DNA of 64,000 nt from Spirochaetaceae bacterium (GTDB lineage Bacteria; Spirochaetota; Spirochaetia; DSM-2461). Position numbers and translations under genes: made by a program. This document shows, one piece after another, positions 59,799 to 64,000 of the stretch. The DNA is taken from NCBI GenBank assembly GCA_051531975.1, contig JAOPTT010000007.1:152985-216984 (forward strand), read 5' to 3'. The number at the start of each line of letters is the position of its first letter. Positions within the stretch are counted from its first letter, which is position 1. Below the pieces are notes generated by a model. That model saw nothing but the letters and a program-made list of their open reading frames with translations, had not been told where the DNA came from and ran no database searches.

Positions 59799-62674
59799 AT
59801 AAAGTTTTTAAATCAGTGGCAAATTTTATAGTAAATTTCCCAGTTCTTATTATTGGTGTAACACTAATAGCATTGGTAACCCTTGGATTTGGGGCGTCTC
59901 GTCTGAAAATGGATTCGGATATGACAGACGATATCCCATCAACTATTCCTGAGAAAGCATTTTATGATGAGGTTGGGAAGATCTTTCCAGCAGACGATGC
60001 TCTAATAATCGCATTAACAGATGAAGATGGAGCTTTTTCTCCCGGTTCTCTAAGGCAAGTTTATGAGTGGTCAAATAAGATTAAAGATGTAGAAGATGTA
60101 AAAAGTATTTTATCTCTAAGTACTGCTAGCCTTATTACTGGTAATGAGTATGGAATAGTTATTGAAAATACCATGGAGTTTTTACCAGTTACACCAACAG
60201 AAATTGCTAGTTTTAAAAAACGTATGGACAGTAATGAGATGGGTGGTGCTTTAGTTGGAAGAGATGGAAAAGCATCAGCAATGATGATCGGTATTTCCAC
60301 CGAAGCTGATATTAAAAATAGACCTCGATATATTATTAACCTACCAAAATTAACTACTGATGTTGAAATGAATACTATAAAAGAAGATATTATGAATTTA
60401 ACGGATTCGGAAGGTCTTGCTGTTATTCGTAGGATATATTCTAGTGGTAATGGTTCAGATGAGTTTGATGCTTTAGGAAGTTACAATCAGAAAATAGGCT
60501 TAACAGAAAAAAATATTGTATTATTAGTTGTACCTGAAGAATCAGTTATTACTCCCCTTCTTTTAATAGATATTACATCATTAGTTGAACAGAAAGGAGG
60601 TTCGGTTAATTTTTCAGATTCCCAAGTTGCAATGTATGACAGAATGAGTTCTATAGTAGAAACCCTTCCAAAATATAGCAAAGGTAAAGTATATATATCA
60701 GGTTCTAAAGCTGTATCCAGTGTAGTTGGAAAACTAATGATGAAGGATTTAAGTGTACTCTTTCCTATTGTAATCCTAATTATTATAGTTGTCCTATTTT
60801 TAAGTTTTAGAACATTCCGAGGTGTATTATTACCATTAACAAATGTATTAATGGCTACAGTAATGGCAATGGGTTTTATGGGTTGGGCTAATCAACCAAT
60901 ATCAATGGCCACAATGATTTTGCCAATTATATTAATTGCTGTTGGAACCGCCTATGCCATTCATGTTCTAAATAGATATTATGAGGAACTAACCACTGAG
61001 GATGATAAGAAAAAAGCAATTGTTTTAGCACTTGAACATGTAGCAGTTCCTACACTTTTAGCTGCAATTACAACTATGATAGGTTTTGCATCCTTAGCAA
61101 TATCATCAATTACAGCCCTAAGAATTTACGGACTGTTAGCAGCACTAGGTATACTGTTTGCACTTATATTAGCTGTATCTTTTACACCTGCTGTATTGGT
61201 TTTATTAAAAAAAACATCCATCAAAAATGTAAAAAGCCACGAAAACAATATGTTATCAAAAATTCTAGAGAAGATAGGTAAGTTTGTATCTACCAAACCA
61301 AAACTTACACTTTCTTTGTGTCTTGTTGTAATAATTATTGCAGCAACAGGAATACCTAAAATACTGTTTGAAACCAACTCTGTAGAGTCCTTTAAAAAGA
61401 GTACGGAGATTAGACAGTCCTCTGAATATCTAAATGATAATTTTACAGGGATCACAATTCTTAATGTAATAGTTCAGGCAGAAGAAGAAGGAGCAATTTT
61501 AGATCCAGAAATCTTAAAGGCAATAGACGATCTACAAAGAGACTTTGAGAAACTACGTTTTGAAGGTAAAACAATGTTACTGCCTGGGGATAAAGGATAC
61601 GATACTGCTGAGGACTTAATTGGTGGTACCCAATCTATAGCAACGTTTATTCGAGGTATAAATAAGGCTATGCATGCCGATGATCCAGCATGGGATAAAG
61701 TTCCTGATTTCGAAACAGAAGTCGCAGTAACAACAGAAAAATATGTTTATAACGATGGTGTTCTACAAGAGATCGATTCAGACTACTTAGATGTTCTTGA
61801 GACATTTATAGAGGGTGATGATTTTATTATAGAAGACGGTTTTATAACAATGGAAAGATATGGAATGCAAAGACGGATTTCTCTTCCTGAAGGAACATCT
61901 GTGGATCTGATTCCGGGACGTGTATATGCTGGACAACTTGTATTTCAGTATGAGAACTCTGGAGATCCTGAGAATATTGAAGCATTTATAGATAACCCAA
62001 GAAAAACTGCTCAGATAAATATTTTTATTAGAACAGGTAGTTCCACAGTATCAAACCAGATTGAGAAGTATACTAGGGAGTATATAAAAAATAACTTCCC
62101 GGATTCTGCTAAGGCTGATATAACAGGGCTTTCTGCACTTAATTTAACAATAATGAGGCTTTTAACTAATACTCAAATATCTTCTGTAATTGCATCATTA
62201 GTAATAATACTGTTTATGATTTCTCTAATTAACAGAAGTGTAGTAGAAGGGTTATTCTCAATTATACCTTTAACAGCATCCTTAATTATTAATTTTGGGA
62301 TTATGGGGCTATTTGCAATCCCTGTAGATATTTCCACAGCTACAATAGCATCAATTGCCATAGGTATTGGTATAGATTATACCCTTCATTTCCTGGAGAG
62401 GTTTAAAATAATGGCAAAGACAATGGAGCATGGAATTGCACTTCAGACAACACTAAAAACTACTGGAAGAGGTATTATATATAATGCTATAGCAGTAGCA
62501 GGGGGATTTTTAGCCCTAATGTTTAGCCAGATAAAAGGTAATTTCTACATGGGACTTTTAATGGCTATTATCATGGTCGTTGCATCAACTTTTGCAATAA
62601 TATTGTTACCAGCGGTAATTATGATTGTTAAACCTAAATTTATTACAAATATATCAAATAAGGAGAAAATATAA
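59795..62674 (+). CDS. MMPL/RND-superfamily transporter (copy 2)
   Basis: 'AVGTAYAIHV', 'GIGIDYTLHF'; same topology as copy 1 with different periplasmic insertions. Confidence 0.92.
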   Translation: MNKVFKSVANFIVNFPVLIIGVTLIALVTLGFGASRLKMDSDMTDDIPSTIPEKAFYDEVGKIFPADDALIIALTDEDGAFSPGSLRQVYEWSNKIKDVEDVKSILSLSTASLITGNEYGIVIENTMEFLPVTPTEIASFKKRMDSNEMGGALVGRDGKASAMMIGISTEADIKNRPRYIINLPKLTTDVEMNTIKEDIMNLTDSEGLAVIRRIYSSGNGSDEFDALGSYNQKIGLTEKNIVLLVVPEESVITPLLLIDITSLVEQKGGSVNFSDSQVAMYDRMSSIVETLPKYSKGKVYISGSKAVSSVVGKLMMKDLSVLFPIVILIIIVVLFLSFRTFRGVLLPLTNVLMATVMAMGFMGWANQPISMATMILPIILIAVGTAYAIHVLNRYYEELTTEDDKKKAIVLALEHVAVPTLLAAITTMIGFASLAISSITALRIYGLLAALGILFALILAVSFTPAVLVLLKKTSIKNVKSHENNMLSKILEKIGKFVSTKPKLTLSLCLVVIIIAATGIPKILFETNSVESFKKSTEIRQSSEYLNDNFTGITILNVIVQAEEEGAILDPEILKAIDDLQRDFEKLRFEGKTMLLPGDKGYDTAEDLIGGTQSIATFIRGINKAMHADDPAWDKVPDFETEVAVTTEKYVYNDGVLQEIDSDYLDVLETFIEGDDFIIEDGFITMERYGMQRRISLPEGTSVDLIPGRVYAGQLVFQYENSGDPENIEAFIDNPRKTAQINIFIRTGSSTVSNQIEKYTREYIKNNFPDSAKADITGLSALNLTIMRLLTNTQISSVIASLVIILFMISLINRSVVEGLFSIIPLTASLIINFGIMGLFAIPVDISTATIASIAIGIGIDYTLHFLERFKIMAKTMEHGIALQTTLKTTGRGIIYNAIAVAGGFLALMFSQIKGNFYMGLLMAIIMVVASTFAIILLPAVIMIVKPKFITNISNKEKI

Positions 62675-63465
62675 TGAATAAATTATTACTATTTATCATG
62701 GTTCTATTTACATGCCTTAGTATTCAGGCAGTGGATCTTGATATGATTTTATCAAAAAATGAAAATATGGCTATGCCTCCAGCATCTACAGCGGAAATGC
62801 GTATGGTCATAACAAACAAAGCAGGGCAGTCTAGAACTAGGGAGATTAAGGCTTTTACCCAGTCTATAGAGGGTGAAGTTAATAAACAGATGTTAATATT
62901 TACAGCTCCTGCGGATGTACGAAATACACGGTTTTTAACAATAGATTACGATGATTCTAAAATTGCAGATGAACAAGCTATTTATATGCCAGCTCTTCGT
63001 AAAATTAGAACAATTGGATCCTCTGGTGGAGATTCTAAAACTGGGGCATTTCTTGGTTCCGATTTTTCATATGCTGATATTGGTTCCCTAGATTTAGAAC
63101 TTTTTAGCACAAAACTTTTAGGGCAGGAGAGCTTTGAAGGAGAGGAGTGTTACAAGGTTGAATATACCGCAAAAGGCTCTAAAGCAATTGACGATTATGG
63201 GTATAGTAAAGTTGTTAAATGGATCTCAACAAAAAGCTTCTCTGGTAGAAAGTCGGAATTTTATAATAAAAATGGAAAACTTGTAAAGAGAATGATTATA
63301 AGTGGAATCGAGTTGATTGATGGAAAGTATTGGCAGTTTAAAAAGATGCAGATGTTTAACCTAGAATCAGGTGGTAATACTCTTTGGGAGTTCACTAAAT
63401 CTAAAAATATGAAATCTATAAAAGACTCGTACTTTACAAAACGATACCTAGAGAGGGGAAGATGA
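62674..63465 (+). CDS. LolA-like periplasmic protein (copy 2)
   Basis: Signal peptide; 'FTAPADVRNTRFL', 'IYMPALRKIRTI', 'FLGSDFSYAD'. Confidence 0.88.
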   Translation: MNKLLLFIMVLFTCLSIQAVDLDMILSKNENMAMPPASTAEMRMVITNKAGQSRTREIKAFTQSIEGEVNKQMLIFTAPADVRNTRFLTIDYDDSKIADEQAIYMPALRKIRTIGSSGGDSKTGAFLGSDFSYADIGSLDLELFSTKLLGQESFEGEECYKVEYTAKGSKAIDDYGYSKVVKWISTKSFSGRKSEFYNKNGKLVKRMIISGIELIDGKYWQFKKMQMFNLESGGNTLWEFTKSKNMKSIKDSYFTKRYLERGR

Positions 63466-64000
63466 AATTAAATATTAAAATAGTATCGTTATTCCTACTG
63501 TTTATAAGTTCAATTACTGTATTAACAGCCCAGGTTGAACTTTATCCATCTGGTTATATAACACATGCTGACTATGTTACCTGGGGTGCAGATGATCCAT
63601 TGGATGCCGCAGTTATTATGGGATCAGTTAATTTAGATGGTACCATTTTAGATGCCCAGTTTAGACTCTCTTTAGAGCTCTATTCTAATATTGCTGGAAT
63701 TATGGATGATACTGATTATTCTGATTATTGGTATTATCCAGCCGCATACGAAGGTATTTTTAATGACAGAACTATGTTTTCTGCTGACTTGAAAGAGGCA
63801 TGGTTAGGTTTTGCACTTGGAGATTTTGATTTAAATATTGGGAAACAGATATTAACCTGGGGTCAGGCTGATGGTACTAATCCTACAGATAATATTAACC
63901 CTAAATACATAGGTACTAGAAGTGTTTCCGGTTCAATGGAAAAGAAGATGGGTGTTCTAATGGCAAACATTGTCTATTATATGCCAATTCTAGATGGAAA
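63462..64000 (+). CDS. Probable outer-membrane beta-barrel (copy 2), partial, absent from ORF track
   Basis: ATGA overlap with the upstream stop; MKLNIKIVSLFLLFISSITVLTAQ...LKEAWLGFALGDFDLNIGKQILTWGQADGTNPTDNINP, matching the motif in 26391-27821; open to the window end. Confidence 0.8.
   Translation, partial: MKLNIKIVSLFLLFISSITVLTAQVELYPSGYITHADYVTWGADDPLDAAVIMGSVNLDGTILDAQFRLSLELYSNIAGIMDDTDYSDYWYYPAAYEGIFNDRTMFSADLKEAWLGFALGDFDLNIGKQILTWGQADGTNPTDNINPKYIGTRSVSGSMEKKMGVLMANIVYYMPILDG

Noticed and set aside
1358..62361. About 40 short ORFs of 60-209 aa nested in or antisense to long genes (e.g. 20176-20646, 25353-25982, 48085-48483, 57570-57983)
   Set aside because: They overlap well-supported genes and have no motifs or evident RBS; expected by chance.
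1..64000. Defence systems, prophage, IS elements, rRNA/tRNA, known riboswitches
   Set aside because: No supporting motifs seen; coding density is high and intergenic gaps are explained by promoters and terminators. Small RNAs cannot be excluded without a covariance search.

Overview
AT-rich bacterial chromosomal window, probably from a free-living spirochaete. This is an inference from the 'xFAxG' signal peptides on the sugar-binding proteins, the MCP style and the lipoprotein signals. I found no rRNA, tRNA, CRISPR array, transposase or phage gene. Contents: (1) 1-22 kb: the 5' end of a glycyl-radical enzyme missed by the ORF track, a fucose/D-arabinose-type pathway (DeoR, class II aldolase, FucI, RhaB/FucK kinase), a repeat-flanked AraC + GH123-like cassette, a three-component sugar sensor, ribulokinase, an MCP and a monosaccharide ABC importer. 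(2) Two paralogous TetR-MMPL/RND-LolA-like-outer-membrane-barrel operons (22.3-27.8 kb and 59.2 kb to the window end). In copy 1 both the inner-membrane pump and the barrel carry matching acidic di-phenylalanine (DSFFEE) repeats; this is the best candidate for an undescribed system. (3) 31.5-46.3 kb: a beta-1,3-glucan locus (ROK, 2x GH17, GH149-like phosphorylase, GH16-CBM, twin LacI with identical DNA-binding heads, three identical 14-bp operators, ABC importer). (4) 46-59 kb: two diguanylate cyclases, a missed 57-aa lipoprotein, YhhN, MFS, GH4/AraC, GNAT, MCP and AraC-GyrI. Many regulator genes look leaderless. All family calls come from motif recognition by eye, not from database searches.
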